Part shown: positions 1-11,855 of the stretch, piece after piece | Numbering within the stretch: position 1 is the stretch's first letter | Layout: the number at the start of each line of letters is the position of its first letter | NCBI GenBank assembly: GCA_022566735.1 | Contig: JADFIG010000009.1 | Span: forward strand, 6,483 to 70,482 | DNA: 64,000 nt | Direction of reading: 5' to 3' | Source of the DNA: Pseudomonadota bacterium | GTDB lineage: Bacteria > Pseudomonadota > Gammaproteobacteria > Burkholderiales > Burkholderiaceae_C | Program-made: the position numbers and the translations under genes | The notes under the pieces: generated by a model | Databases searched by the model: none | What the model was told of the DNA's origin: nothing | The model's input: only the letters and a program-made list of their open reading frames with translations

Positions 1-64
1 AGATGATGCGGTCCTGCAGGTCGAGCAGGTAGCTGCGAACGGCGTCGGTGTGGGCCTGGCTCAT
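1..64 (-). CDS. hemF: Oxygen-dependent coproporphyrinogen III oxidase, N-terminus only (runs off window)
   Basis: Reverse complement reads MSQAHTDAVRSYLLDLQDRII, resembling the HemF N-terminus; purD-hemF order is typical of Burkholderiales. Only 21 codons visible. Confidence 0.7.
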   Translation of the reverse strand, partial: MSQAHTDAVRSYLLDLQDRII

Positions 65-102
65 GGGCGGATCCTGCAGATGGGGTCGAGGCAAGGACGG
101 GG

Positions 103-1389
103 TCAGCGCGCCTTGATGGCACGCCAGCCGATGTCGGAGCGGAACTGCATGCCATCGAACTGGATGCCACGCAGGTACTCGTAAGCACGGTGCTGGGCCA
201 GCTTGGCCGAATCGCCCAGCGCGGTCACGCACAGCACGCGGCCACCGCTGGTGCGCAGCATGCCGGCCTCGTCCAGCGTGGTGCCCGCGTGGAAAACCAC
301 GGCGTCATCGGCTTCCGCAGGCAGGCCCGTGATGGCCTGGCCCTTTTCGGGGTTCAGCGGGTAGCCGCCCGCGGCCACGACCACGCCCAGGGCGAAGCGG
401 CGGTCCCATTGCAGCTCGACCTGGTCCAGCGTGCCATCGGTGGCGTGCATGAAGACGTCGATCAGGTCGCTCTTGAGGCGCATCATGATCGGTTGCGTCT
501 CGGGGTCGCCCATGCGGCAGTTGAACTCCAGCGTCTTGGGGTTGCCGTGCGCGTCGATCATCAGGCCGGCGTACAGGAAGCCGGTGAAGGGGATGCCGTC
601 CTTGGCCATGCCCGCCAGCGTCGGCAGGATGATCTCCTGCATGGCCTTGGCGTGCACATTGGGCGTGACCACGGGCGCGGGCGAGTAGGCCCCCATGCCG
701 CCGGTGTTGGGGCCGGCATCGCCGTCCAGCAGGCGCTTGTGGTCCTGGCTGGTGGCCAGCACGGTCACGTTCTTGCCATCGGCCAGCACGATGAAGCTGG
801 CTTCCTCGCCGGCCAGGAACTCTTCGATGACGACACGCGCGCCGCCCGCGTTGTGCTGCACGCCCAGGGTGTTGTCCACCAGCATGAAGTCGATGGCCTC
901 GTGCGCTTCCTGCAGCGTCATGGCCACGACCACGCCCTTGCCCGCGGCCAGGCCATCGGCCTTGATCACGATGGGGGCCCCCTTGGCGTCCACGTAGGCG
1001 TGGGCCGCCGCGGCATCGGTGAAGGTCTCGTAGAAGGCCGTGGGGATGCCGTGGCGCTTCATGAAGTCCTTGGCGAAGGCCTTGGAGCTCTCAAGCTGCG
1101 CGGCCTTCTGCGTGGGACCGAAGATGCGCAGGCCGCGCGCGCGGAACTCGTCCACCACGCCAGCGGCCAGCGGGGCCTCGGGGCCGACCACGGTCAGGAT
1201 GATCTTGTTGGCTTCGGCGAAATCGGCCAGCGCCTTCACATCGGTGATGGGCACATTGACCAGGCGGGCGTCGCGCGCCGTGCCGCCATTGCCCGGTGCC
1301 ACATAGACCTTCTGGGCCTTGGGCGACTGGGCCAGCTTCCAGGCCAGGGCGTGTTCGCGGCCGCCGGAGCCGATGACAAGGATGTTCAT
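103..1389 (-). CDS. purD: Phosphoribosylamine-glycine ligase
   Basis: MNILVIGSGGREHALAW, KADGLAAGKGV, GPNTGGMGAYSP, EFNCRMGDPETQ motifs; start trimmed to ATG 1389. Confidence 0.98.
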   Translation of the reverse strand: MNILVIGSGGREHALAWKLAQSPKAQKVYVAPGNGGTARDARLVNVPITDVKALADFAEANKIILTVVGPEAPLAAGVVDEFRARGLRIFGPTQKAAQLESSKAFAKDFMKRHGIPTAFYETFTDAAAAHAYVDAKGAPIVIKADGLAAGKGVVVAMTLQEAHEAIDFMLVDNTLGVQHNAGGARVVIEEFLAGEEASFIVLADGKNVTVLATSQDHKRLLDGDAGPNTGGMGAYSPAPVVTPNVHAKAMQEIILPTLAGMAKDGIPFTGFLYAGLMIDAHGNPKTLEFNCRMGDPETQPIMMRLKSDLIDVFMHATDGTLDQVELQWDRRFALGVVVAAGGYPLNPEKGQAITGLPAEADDAVVFHAGTTLDEAGMLRTSGGRVLCVTALGDSAKLAQHRAYEYLRGIQFDGMQFRSDIGWRAIKAR

Positions 1390-1400
1390 GGGATGTTCGA

Positions 1401-2123
1401 TCAGTTCAATTCGGCGTTGTGGTAGACCTCCTGGACATCGTCCAGGTCTTCCAGCACGTCCAGCAGCTTCTGCATGCGCGCGGCGTCGTCGCCGCTGAGC
1501 TCGATGGGGGTGTCCGCACGCATGGTCACTTCGGCCAGCTCGGGCTTCAGGCCGGCCCCCTCGAGCGCGTTCTTCACGGCCTCGAAATCCGCCGGCGAGC
1601 TCAGCACCTCGATGGAACCGTCGTCGTGGGTCAGCACGTCTTCGGCGCCGGCTTCCAGGGCCACTTCCATGACCTTGTCTTCGCTGACGCCCGGGGCGAA
1701 CAGGAACTGGCCGACGTGCTTGAACTGGAAGGCCACCGAGCCTTCGGTGCCCAGGTTGCCGCCGTGCTTGCTGAAGGCGTGGCGGACTTCGGCCACGGTC
1801 CGCACGCGGTTGTCGGTCATGCAATCCACGATGATCGCCGCACCGCCGATGCCGTAGCCTTCGTAGCGGATTTCCTCGTAGGTGACACCATCCAGGTTGC
1901 CCGTGGCCTTGTCCACGTTGCGCTTGATGTTGTCGGCCGGCATGTTCGCCGCCTTGGCCTTGTCGATGGCCAGGCGCAGGCGCGGGTTCATGTTGATGTC
2001 GGCACCACCGGCGCGCGCCGCCACGATGATTTCACGGGTGATGCGGGTCCAGATCTTGCCTCGCTTTTCGTCCTGACGGCCCTTGCGATGCTGGATGTTG
2101 GCCCATTTGGAATGGCCGGCCAT
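1401..2123 (-). CDS. yebC: YebC/PmpR family protein
   Basis: [34 protein letters not shown] signatures. Confidence 0.97.
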   Translation of the reverse strand: MAGHSKWANIQHRKGRQDEKRGKIWTRITREIIVAARAGGADINMNPRLRLAIDKAKAANMPADNIKRNVDKATGNLDGVTYEEIRYEGYGIGGAAIIVDCMTDNRVRTVAEVRHAFSKHGGNLGTEGSVAFQFKHVGQFLFAPGVSEDKVMEVALEAGAEDVLTHDDGSIEVLSSPADFEAVKNALEGAGLKPELAEVTMRADTPIELSGDDAARMQKLLDVLEDLDDVQEVYHNAELN

Positions 2124-2303
2124 GGTGCGTGCTCCGGAAAGAAGATGGTGTCGATGCGTCAATGCCGACGCGCACGCTGACAGGCAGGCCGGCGCGCGCG
2201 CAGCCCCAGGCAAAACCTGGGGGATACTGCGATTTTACCTTCGCGCCGCGCCGCCCTCGCCGCCGTCGGTCGCAGATTGCTTTTCGCGAGCCCGGGAGAT
2301 GCC

Positions 2304-3866
2304 ATGTCCGACCCCATCCTCCTTGCCGCCCACGGCGAGACCGAATGCCACCTGCTGCCCGCCCTGGCCAACCGCCACGGCCTGATCACCGGGGCCACCG
2401 GCACGGGCAAGACCATCAGCCTGCAAAAGCTCGCCGAGAGCTTCTCAGCCATCGGCGTGCCGGTGTTCATGGCCGACGTCAAGGGCGACCTGACCGGCAT
2501 CTCGCAAACGGGCAAGGTCAGCGACAAGCTCGCCGCCATCCTGCAGGAACGCGGCCTGGCCACCCCCACGCCCGTGGCCTGCCCCACCACGCTGTGGGAC
2601 GTCTTCGGCCAGCAGGGCCACCCGGTGCGCGCCACGGTCTCCGACATGGGGCCGCTGCTGCTGGGCCGCATGCTCGACCTCAACGACACACAGCAGGGCG
2701 TGCTGCAGCTGGTGTTCAAGATCGCCGACGACAACGGCCTGCTGCTGCTCGACCTCAAGGACCTGCGCGCCATGCTGCAGCACGTGGGTGACCACGCCAG
2801 CCAGTTCACCACAGAGTACGGCAACATCAGCGCCGCCAGCGTGGGCGCCATCCAGCGCGGCCTGCTGCAGGTCGAGGAGCAAGGCGGCGACCGCTTCTTC
2901 GGCGAACCCATGCTCAACATCGGCGACTTCATGCAGACCGTGGGCGGCAAGGGCGTCATCAACATCCTGGCGGCCGACAAGCTGATGAACGCGCCGCGCC
3001 TGTACGCCACCTTCCTGCTGTGGATGCTGTCCGAGCTGTTCGAGACCCTGCCCGAGGTGGGCGACCTCGACAAGCCCAAGCTGGTGTTCTTCTTCGACGA
3101 GGCCCACCTGCTGTTCAAGGACGCGCCCTCCGCGCTGGTCGAGCGCATCGAGCTGGTCGTGCGCCTGGTGCGCTCCAAGGGCGTGGGCGTCTATTTCGTG
3201 ACGCAGAACCCGCTGGACGTGCCCGACACCGTGCTGGGCCAGCTGGGCAACCGCGTGCAGCACGCCCTGCGCGCCTTCACCCCGCGCGACCAGAAGGCCG
3301 TGAAGGCCGCCGCCGACACCATGCGCGCCAACCCGGGGCTGGACATCGCCACGGCCATCACCGAGCTGGGCGTGGGCGAGGCCCTGGTCAGCATGCTGGA
3401 TGAGAAGGGCCGCCCGGCCATCACCGAACGTGTGTTCGTCCTGCCGCCGGGCAGCCAGATCGGGCCGATCACGGCCGAGCAGCGCCAGCAGCTGCTGAAG
3501 GATTCGCTGGTGTCGGGCGTGTACGAGCAGACGGTGGACCGCGAATCGGCCTACGAGAAGCTCAAGGGCCGTGCAGCCGCTGCGCCCACAGTCCCCACGG
3601 GCGGTGCGCGCTCGATGCGCGAGGAAGCCGCCGATGCGTTGCGCGGCGGTGCGGGCGATGCCGCTGCGGGTGCCGCCACGGCGGGCGCCGGTGGCTGGCT
3701 GGGCGACGTGGCCGGCGACCTGCTGAAAAGCAATGGCCGCAAGGACTCCATCCTGGAGACGGTGGCCAAGTCGGCGGCACGCACGATCGGCTCGACCGTG
3801 GGCCGCGAGATCATCCGCGGCGTGCTGGGCTCCATCCTGGGCGGCAGCACCAGCCGCCGCCGCTGA
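2304..3866 (+). CDS. HerA-like P-loop ATPase (DUF853/YjgR family)
   Basis: [16 protein letters not shown] Walker [11 protein letters not shown] Walker [30 protein letters not shown]. Confidence 0.93.
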   Translation: MSDPILLAAHGETECHLLPALANRHGLITGATGTGKTISLQKLAESFSAIGVPVFMADVKGDLTGISQTGKVSDKLAAILQERGLATPTPVACPTTLWDVFGQQGHPVRATVSDMGPLLLGRMLDLNDTQQGVLQLVFKIADDNGLLLLDLKDLRAMLQHVGDHASQFTTEYGNISAASVGAIQRGLLQVEEQGGDRFFGEPMLNIGDFMQTVGGKGVINILAADKLMNAPRLYATFLLWMLSELFETLPEVGDLDKPKLVFFFDEAHLLFKDAPSALVERIELVVRLVRSKGVGVYFVTQNPLDVPDTVLGQLGNRVQHALRAFTPRDQKAVKAAADTMRANPGLDIATAITELGVGEALVSMLDEKGRPAITERVFVLPPGSQIGPITAEQRQQLLKDSLVSGVYEQTVDRESAYEKLKGRAAAAPTVPTGGARSMREEAADALRGGAGDAAAGAATAGAGGWLGDVAGDLLKSNGRKDSILETVAKSAARTIGSTVGREIIRGVLGSILGGSTSRRR

Positions 3867-3894
3867 CCCTCACGGGCCTGGCGCGCGTCAGGCG

Positions 3895-4344
3895 TCAGTC
3901 GTCGTCGCCCCAGGCGTAGCGGCTGTCGCGCCATCCGTCACGTCGGCCATCGCCGTAGCCACGGCGGTAACCGTCGCGGCGGTCATCGCGCCAGCCCCAG
4001 CGTTCGTCGCGGTGGCGGTGCCCCCACTTCGGCGGGCAGCGGCGGCCTTCGACGAACACAGGCTCGGGCTGCACGTACACCGGCTGGGGCGCGTAGACCA
4101 CGCGGGGTGCCGGGGCGTAGACCACCGGGGGCGCCACGATCACGGGCGCGGGGCCATAGAGGCCGCGCGGCGTGTTGGAAAACGTCGTGCCGACCCGGCC
4201 CATGCCCTGCATGGGCGCGTCCACATTGACGGCCCAGTAGACGCCACCGCCCGCGTGGGCGGTGCCGGCGGCACCCAGCAACGACGCCGTCAGGGCGGCC
4301 AGCGCAGCCAGGCGGGAAGCATTTCGGGTGATGAAAGTGTGCAT
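3895..4344 (-). CDS. Secreted proline-rich (PXPV-repeat) hypothetical protein
   Basis: Signal peptide ending AHA, PPVVYAPAPRVVYAPQPVYV repeats, Arg/Gly/Asp-rich tail; AGGAG RBS upstream of ATG 4344. Confidence 0.8.
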   Translation of the reverse strand: MHTFITRNASRLAALAALTASLLGAAGTAHAGGGVYWAVNVDAPMQGMGRVGTTFSNTPRGLYGPAPVIVAPPVVYAPAPRVVYAPQPVYVQPEPVFVEGRRCPPKWGHRHRDERWGWRDDRRDGYRRGYGDGRRDGWRDSRYAWGDDD

Positions 4345-4449
4345 GTCGGCTCTCCTGTGCCCACTTTCAACGGCTGACACCCCCATCTGGCTGACAGCGA
4401 TTTGTAAGCGTCTGTCATGCCACGCCCAAGCGGCCAGAGGCGCGAGGGC

Positions 4450-5730
4450 TCAGTGGTGGCCGTCGCTGCGAGCGATCGCCAGCAGCCGCTCCACCTCGGG
4501 AGCGTGCACGCGCGCATTGCGGCGGTGCCACAGGCCGATCAGGAACATGCTGCCAGCCACGAACAGGCCGAAAGCCGTGATGGCACCGTAGGCCGTCAGG
4601 CCGCTGCCCGTCAGCCAGCTGTAGCCAAAGCCCAGCAACAGGATGCAAGCCTGTTCGTTGAAATTCTGCACGGCGATCGAACGGCCGGCCCCCATCAGGT
4701 TGTGCCCGCGGTGCTGCAGCAAGGCGTTCATGGGCACCACCAGGAAGCCACCCAGGCCGCCCAGCAGGATCAGGAAGGGCACGGCCAGGACGATGTCGTC
4801 GAGCACGTTCATGCCCAGCACCAGCAGGCCCATGGCCACGCCCAGCGGGATGACGCCGACAGCATGGTCCAGCTTCATCTTGGCCGAGGCCACCACGGCG
4901 CCCACCGCCGTGCCGATGGCCACCACCCCCACCAGCGCCGAAGCCTTGGTGGTGTCATAGCCCAGGGCCACCGCCGCCCAGGCCAGCACGATGTAGCGCA
5001 GGTTGCCCGAGACGCCCCAGAACAGGGTGGTCGTGGCCAGCGAGATCTGCCCCAGCTTGTCGCGCCACAGCCGCGAGTTGCAGGACATGAAATCACGCGT
5101 CAGCGCCACCGGGTTGCCCACGAAAGGCTGCAGCGGCGTGTCGGTGCGGGGGATGCGCAGGTTGAAGCCCGCCGCCAGCGCGTAGAGCGTGACCAGCATG
5201 GCGATGGCCGCCTCGGGTGGCGAGTCGATGCCGGTGTCGACGCCTGGCAGGTCGATCGACAGCAGCATCGGCGCGACGGCATGGCCCATGAGCTGGCCGC
5301 CCAGCACCACGCCGAAGATGATGGAGGTGATGGTCAGCCCCTCGATCCAGCCGTTGGCCTTGACCAGTTGGGACGGCGGCAGCAACTCGGTCAGGATGCC
5401 GTACTTGGCCGGCGAGTAGGCCGCCGCGCCCAGCCCCACCACGGCATAGGCCAGCAGCGGGTGCAGGCCGAACAGCATCAGCAGGCAGCCAATGACCTTG
5501 ACGCTGTTGGACAGGAACATGACCTTGCCTTTGGGCAAGGCATCGGCGAAGGCCCCGACGAACGGCGCCAGCACCACATAGAACAGCGCGAACATGGGCA
5601 CCAGGGCCGCGCGCTGCCACTCCGGGGCGCCATCGGACTTCAACAACTCCACCGCGGCCACGAACAGCGCGTTGTCTGCCAGCGAGCTGCAGAACTGCGC
5701 CGCCATGATCGTGTAAAAGCCTTTTTTCAT
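4450..5730 (-). CDS. lplT: Lysophospholipid transporter (MFS)
   Basis: MKKGFYTIMAAQFCSSLADNAL, YSPAKYGILTE, GAGRSIAVQNFNE. Confidence 0.95.
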   Translation of the reverse strand: MKKGFYTIMAAQFCSSLADNALFVAAVELLKSDGAPEWQRAALVPMFALFYVVLAPFVGAFADALPKGKVMFLSNSVKVIGCLLMLFGLHPLLAYAVVGLGAAAYSPAKYGILTELLPPSQLVKANGWIEGLTITSIIFGVVLGGQLMGHAVAPMLLSIDLPGVDTGIDSPPEAAIAMLVTLYALAAGFNLRIPRTDTPLQPFVGNPVALTRDFMSCNSRLWRDKLGQISLATTTLFWGVSGNLRYIVLAWAAVALGYDTTKASALVGVVAIGTAVGAVVASAKMKLDHAVGVIPLGVAMGLLVLGMNVLDDIVLAVPFLILLGGLGGFLVVPMNALLQHRGHNLMGAGRSIAVQNFNEQACILLLGFGYSWLTGSGLTAYGAITAFGLFVAGSMFLIGLWHRRNARVHAPEVERLLAIARSDGHH

Positions 5731-5900
5731 GCGCGGGCGGAAGAGGTCGTGGTGACTGAGAATCAACGGTCGCCGGTTATAGCACGGCGCCCAGGCGACG
5801 GGCCAAGACAATCCCTCAGCCCCTGGCGGCGCCCCACGGCCGGCAAGGGCTCGGCCAGGGTCCGGGGGTTGTCCCGCACCCGGGTGGCAGAATGTGCGCC

Positions 5901-7052
5901 ATGCCCCGTCCGCTAGAAGCCCTGGTCCACCTCGACGCCCTGCAACACAACCTGGCACATGCCCGTGCCTGCGCCCCGGATGCCCAGGTCTGGGCGGTCG
6001 TCAAGGCCAATGCCTACGGACATGGCCTGACGCGGGCTTACGAAGGCCTGCGCGCCGCCGACGGCTTCGCCCTGCTGGACATCGCCGAGGCGCGCAAGCT
6101 GCGCGAACTCGACTGGCGCGGCCCCATCCTGTTGCTCGAAGGCGTGTTCGACGCCCGCGACCTGGAAGCCTGCTCGCGCCTGGGACTGTGGCACGTGGTG
6201 CACTGCGAACAGCAGATCGACTGGCTGGCCCAGCACAAGACCGAGTGGCCCCACCGCGTCTTCCTGAAGATGAACACCGGCATGAACCGCCTGGGCTTCA
6301 CGCCGCAGGCCTTCCGCAACGCCTGGCTGCGCCTGAGCGCCCTGCCCCAGGTCGACGAGGTGTCCTTCATCACGCACTTCTCGGATGCCGACAGCGACAA
6401 GGGCATCGCCCAGCAGACCGACATCTTCCTGACGCACACCGCCGACCTCAGCGGCGAGCGCAGCCTGTGCAACAGCGCCGCCACCCTGCGCCATGCGCAT
6501 GACCCGAAGGTGCGGGGCGACTGGATCCGCCCGGGCGTGATGCTGTACGGCGCCTCGCCGGATTACCCTGAGCACGACGCCACGCACTGGCAGCTGCAGC
6601 CGGCCATGACGCTGCGCTCGCGGCTGATCGGCGTGCAGCACCTGCAGCCGGGCGACACGGTGGGCTACGGCAGCCGCTTCACGGCCACGCAGCCCATGCG
6701 CATCGGCGTGGTGGCCTGCGGCTATGCCGACGGTTACCCGCGCCATGCGCCGGACGGCACGCCGGTGCTGGTCGATGGCCAGCGCACAGGGCTGGTTGGG
6801 CGGGTGTCCATGGACATGCTGGCGGTGGACCTCGGCGCGCTGCCCCAGGCCCACATCGGCACCGAGGTCACGCTGTGGGGCCAGGGGCCGCATGGCAGCA
6901 CGCTGTCCATCGACGAGGTCGCATGGCACGCCGGCACCATCGGCTACGAGCTGATGTGCGCCATCTCGCCGCGCGTGCCGGTGCAGGCGCTGAGCGGGCC
7001 GCATGGCGCACATGGCCCCACTGGCACGCCCCCTGCTTCGGTGGCGGCCTGA
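5901..7052 (+). CDS. alr: Alanine racemase
   Basis: AVVKANAYGHG PLP-lysine motif, TGMNRLG, GYADGYPR, GRVSMDM. Confidence 0.97.
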   Translation: MPRPLEALVHLDALQHNLAHARACAPDAQVWAVVKANAYGHGLTRAYEGLRAADGFALLDIAEARKLRELDWRGPILLLEGVFDARDLEACSRLGLWHVVHCEQQIDWLAQHKTEWPHRVFLKMNTGMNRLGFTPQAFRNAWLRLSALPQVDEVSFITHFSDADSDKGIAQQTDIFLTHTADLSGERSLCNSAATLRHAHDPKVRGDWIRPGVMLYGASPDYPEHDATHWQLQPAMTLRSRLIGVQHLQPGDTVGYGSRFTATQPMRIGVVACGYADGYPRHAPDGTPVLVDGQRTGLVGRVSMDMLAVDLGALPQAHIGTEVTLWGQGPHGSTLSIDEVAWHAGTIGYELMCAISPRVPVQALSGPHGAHGPTGTPPASVAA

Positions 7053-7073
7053 CTCCTTTTTCCGACATCGCAC

Positions 7074-7577
7074 ATGGACATCGACCACCAACGCCACCAG
7101 CTGCACATGACCGTGCTCATGACGCCGGACATGGCCAACTTCTCCGGCAACGTGCACGGCGGCACCATCCTCAAGCTGCTCGACCAGGTGGCCTACGCCT
7201 GTGCCAGCCGCTATGCGGGCTGCTACGTGGTGACGCTGTCGGTGGACCAGGTCACCTTCCGCCAACCCATCCACGTGGGTGAGCTGGTGACCTTCCTGGC
7301 CTCGGTCAACTACACCGGCACCTCGTCGATGGAAATCGGCGTGAAGGTGATCGCCGAGAACATCCGCACGCAGGTCGTGCGCCACGCCAACAGCTGCTTC
7401 TTCACCATGGTGGCGGTGGACGACCAGGCCAAGCCCACGCCGGTGCCGCCGCTCACGCCCGACACCCCGGACGAGGTGCGCCGCTTCGAGGCGGCCAAGC
7501 TGCGCCGCCAGCTGCGCCAGGAGCTGGACCAGCGCTTCCGCGCCATCCAGGCCGAGACCGGCAAGGCCCAGGCCTGA
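7074..7577 (+). CDS. Acyl-CoA thioesterase (hotdog fold)
   Basis: ANFSGNVHGGTILKLLDQVA motif. Confidence 0.92.
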   Translation: MDIDHQRHQLHMTVLMTPDMANFSGNVHGGTILKLLDQVAYACASRYAGCYVVTLSVDQVTFRQPIHVGELVTFLASVNYTGTSSMEIGVKVIAENIRTQVVRHANSCFFTMVAVDDQAKPTPVPPLTPDTPDEVRRFEAAKLRRQLRQELDQRFRAIQAETGKAQA

Positions 7578-7585
7578 CGCACACG

Positions 7586-8959
7586 ATGGCCAAGGACAAG
7601 ACCCTTTTCACCTGCCAGGAGTGCGGCGGCACCCACCCGAAGTGGCTGGGCAAGTGCCCGCACTGCGGCGCCTGGAACACGCTGGAAGAAACCCGCGTGG
7701 AGCCCAGCGGCGCGGGCAAGAACCGCCTGCAGGCCCTGGCGCGCGGGCTGAACGCGGCCCAGCCGGTGACCACGCTGTCCGAGATCGAAGCGGCCGATGT
7801 GGCGCGCACGCCCACGGGCATCGACGAACTGGACCGCGTGCTGGGCGGCGGCATCGTCGCCGGTGGCGTGGTGCTGATCGGCGGCGACCCGGGCATCGGC
7901 AAATCGACCTTGCTGCTGCAGGCGCTGGACGCGCTGTCGCGCCAGATGAAGGTGCTGTACGTGACCGGCGAGGAAAGCGGCGCCCAGGTGGCGATGCGCG
8001 CGCATCGGCTGGGCTTGAGCGGCACGCAGGTGCGCGTGCAGGCCGAGATCCAGCTGGAGAACATCATCGCCACGCTGGAGGCCGAGCAGCCCGCCTTCTG
8101 CGTGATCGACTCGATCCAGACGCTGTTTTCCGAGCAGTTGAGCTCCGCGCCAGGCTCGGTGGCCCAGGTGCGCGAGTGCGCCGCCCACCTCACCCGCGTG
8201 GCCAAGGCCAGCGGCTGCACCATGGTGCTGGTCGGCCACGTCACCAAGGAAGGCGCGCTGGCCGGACCGCGTGTGCTGGAGCACATCGTCGACACGGTGC
8301 TGTATTTCGAAGGCGACACGCACAGCAGCTTCCGCCTCATCCGCGCCATCAAGAACCGCTTCGGTGCGGTCAACGAGATCGGCGTCTTCGCCATGACCGA
8401 CAAGGGCCTCAAGGGCGTGAGCAACCCCAGCGCCATCTTCCTGTCGACGCACAGCGAACCGGTGCCGGGCTCCTGCGTGCTGGTGACGCTGGAAGGCACG
8501 CGGCCCATGCTGGTGGAGATCCAGGCCCTGGTCGACAGCGGCGGCCCCAGCCCGCGGCGCCTGAGCGTGGGCCTGGAGCGCGACCGCCTGGCCATGCTGC
8601 TGGCTGTGCTGCACCGCCACGCGGGCATGGCCTGCTTCGACCAGGACGTGTTCGTCAACGCGGTGGGCGGCGTGCGCATCAGCGAGCCGGCGGCCGACCT
8701 GGCCGTGCTGCTGGCCATCCAGAGCAGCCTGCGCGGCAAGCCGCTGCCCAAGGGCTTCATCGCGTTCGGCGAGGTGGGCCTGGCCGGCGAAGTGCGGCCT
8801 GCGCCGCGCGGTCAGGAGCGCCTGAAGGAAGCGGCCAAGCTGGGTTTCAGCATGGCCGTGGTGCCCAAGGCCAATGCGCCCAAGAAACCCATCGACGGGT
8901 TGACGCTGCACACGGTGGAGCGCATCGAAGAGGCCATCGACCTGGTGCGGGGTTTCTGA
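7586..8959 (+). CDS. radA: DNA repair protein RadA/Sms
   Basis: C4 zinc finger, GGDPGIGKSTLL, KNRFG motif. Confidence 0.98.
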   Translation: MAKDKTLFTCQECGGTHPKWLGKCPHCGAWNTLEETRVEPSGAGKNRLQALARGLNAAQPVTTLSEIEAADVARTPTGIDELDRVLGGGIVAGGVVLIGGDPGIGKSTLLLQALDALSRQMKVLYVTGEESGAQVAMRAHRLGLSGTQVRVQAEIQLENIIATLEAEQPAFCVIDSIQTLFSEQLSSAPGSVAQVRECAAHLTRVAKASGCTMVLVGHVTKEGALAGPRVLEHIVDTVLYFEGDTHSSFRLIRAIKNRFGAVNEIGVFAMTDKGLKGVSNPSAIFLSTHSEPVPGSCVLVTLEGTRPMLVEIQALVDSGGPSPRRLSVGLERDRLAMLLAVLHRHAGMACFDQDVFVNAVGGVRISEPAADLAVLLAIQSSLRGKPLPKGFIAFGEVGLAGEVRPAPRGQERLKEAAKLGFSMAVVPKANAPKKPIDGLTLHTVERIEEAIDLVRGF

Positions 8960-8983
8960 GCAAACGCCGCCGATCAGCCAGGG

Positions 8984-10546
<1,563 letters not shown>

Positions 10547-10738
10547 CGGGGCATTATAGGAAGCGCGCCACGGCAACCCGCCCGCGCCTCTGGACAAGCA
10601 CACCGGATCCCGCTATGATCGTCGGCTTTCCATCTTTCGCCCTTGTGGGGTGCGAATTGGTGTGCGCCGGTGGGTCGGTGCGCCCGAGCATCTGCAGGAG
10701 CGAACAAGCCTGAGACAGGCTTCAAAAGGTTGCTCACC

Positions 10739-11035
10739 ATGGCATCTGCATCCAAAGCCAAAAAGACCGTCCGCATCGCCTCCGGCCGCAAGCGCGCCCG
10801 CCAGGACGTCAAGCTGAACGCCGCCAACTCCGCCCTGCGCTCGAAGTTCCGCACCGCCATCAAGGGCGTGCTGAAGGCCGTGCAAGCTGGCGACAAGCCC
10901 CGCGCCGCCGACGCCTTCAAGACCGCCCAGTCCGTGATCGACTCCATCGCCGACAAGGGCATCTTCCACAAGAACAAGGCCGCCCGCCACAAGAGCCGCC
11001 TGTCGGCCAAGATCAAGGCCATGGCCGCTGCCTGA
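10739..11035 (+). CDS. rpsT: 30S ribosomal protein S20
   Basis: SGRKRARQ...RSKFRTAIK...[16 protein letters not shown]. Confidence 0.98.
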   Translation: MASASKAKKTVRIASGRKRARQDVKLNAANSALRSKFRTAIKGVLKAVQAGDKPRAADAFKTAQSVIDSIADKGIFHKNKAARHKSRLSAKIKAMAAA

Positions 11036-11086
11036 TCAGCCCCGAACCCGCCTTGAGCGGTCTCACCGGTGGTGAGGCCCTCCCAG

Positions 11087-11110
11087 AAGCCCGCGCAAGC
11101 GGGCTTTTTG
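11087..11110 (+). terminator. Rho-independent terminator of rpsT
   Basis: AAGCCCGC-GCAA-GCGGGCTT-TTTG hairpin with T-tail. Confidence 0.9.
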
Positions 11111-11194
11111 CTTTGCGCGCTCCGCTGGGCGAACGCCCCCCTCCCTGGCCGCTCCCGCCGCCTTCCCGGTCAGAATGCACGCGGTGGCGCTGCA

Positions 11195-11239
11195 TGCAAT
11201 CGATGGAAGTGACACAATTGATGCAACCGATCAAAAACA
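11195..11239. repeat. Five 9-bp-period direct repeats (candidate operator array A)
   Basis: TGCAATCGA TGGAAGTGA CACAATTGA TGCAACCGA TCAAAAACA; consensus NNNAANYGA. Confidence 0.7.
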
Positions 11240-11823
11240 CGGCGACCCGCAGCGTGATACCCGAAGAATTCAAGAACAAGCCCTACCTCACCCCCACGGA
11301 AGTGGCGCAATGGATGATGGTGTCGCCCATCACCGTGCGTGGCTGGGCGCAAAAAGGGCTGCTGAAGGCGGAGGTCACCCCGGGTGGCCACCGGCGCTTC
11401 CGGCTGGACGAAGTCGCGCGCTTCGCACGGCAATGGAACCCGACCGGCCACAAGGGGCCCCTGCGCATCCTGGTCGTGGACGATGACCGCGCCGTCGTCG
11501 GCTTCCTCAAGGAGTTGCTGGAGGGCGGGGAGCACGAAACCGCCGTGGACACCGCGCACGATGGCTTCGAGGCCGGGCAGAAGGTGCACACCTTCCTGCC
11601 CGACGTCGTCCTGCTGGACCTCATGATGCCGGGCATCAAGGGCGCCGAGGTCTGCCGCCAGATCAAGCAGATGCCCGGGCACGCCAACGTGCGGGTGATC
11701 GCCATGAGCGGCTACCTCAGTCCGGAGAACGAGGCCGAGTTGCTGGCGGCTGGCGCGGAATGTTGCCTGGCCAAACCCATGGATATCGACCGATTGCTCA
11801 GGCAGATCGGGCTGGAAGATTAG
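11221..11823 (+). CDS. Response regulator: BldC/excisionase-like (HTH_17) DNA-binding domain + receiver domain
   Basis: YLTPTEVAQWMMVSPITVRGWAQKGLLKAEVTPGGHRRF, then ILVVDDD...LLDLMMPG...LAKP. Start uncertain (ATG 11194/11203/11221 or GTG 11254). Confidence 0.9.
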   Translation: MQPIKNTATRSVIPEEFKNKPYLTPTEVAQWMMVSPITVRGWAQKGLLKAEVTPGGHRRFRLDEVARFARQWNPTGHKGPLRILVVDDDRAVVGFLKELLEGGEHETAVDTAHDGFEAGQKVHTFLPDVVLLDLMMPGIKGAEVCRQIKQMPGHANVRVIAMSGYLSPENEAELLAAGAECCLAKPMDIDRLLRQIGLED

Positions 11824-11855
11824 CCCCACGTCCGTCCAAACAGGGAGAAAACACC

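Noticed and set aside
2304-3866. HerA-type anti-phage system
   Set aside because: Stand-alone DUF853 ATPase in housekeeping context, with no SIR2 or nuclease partner.
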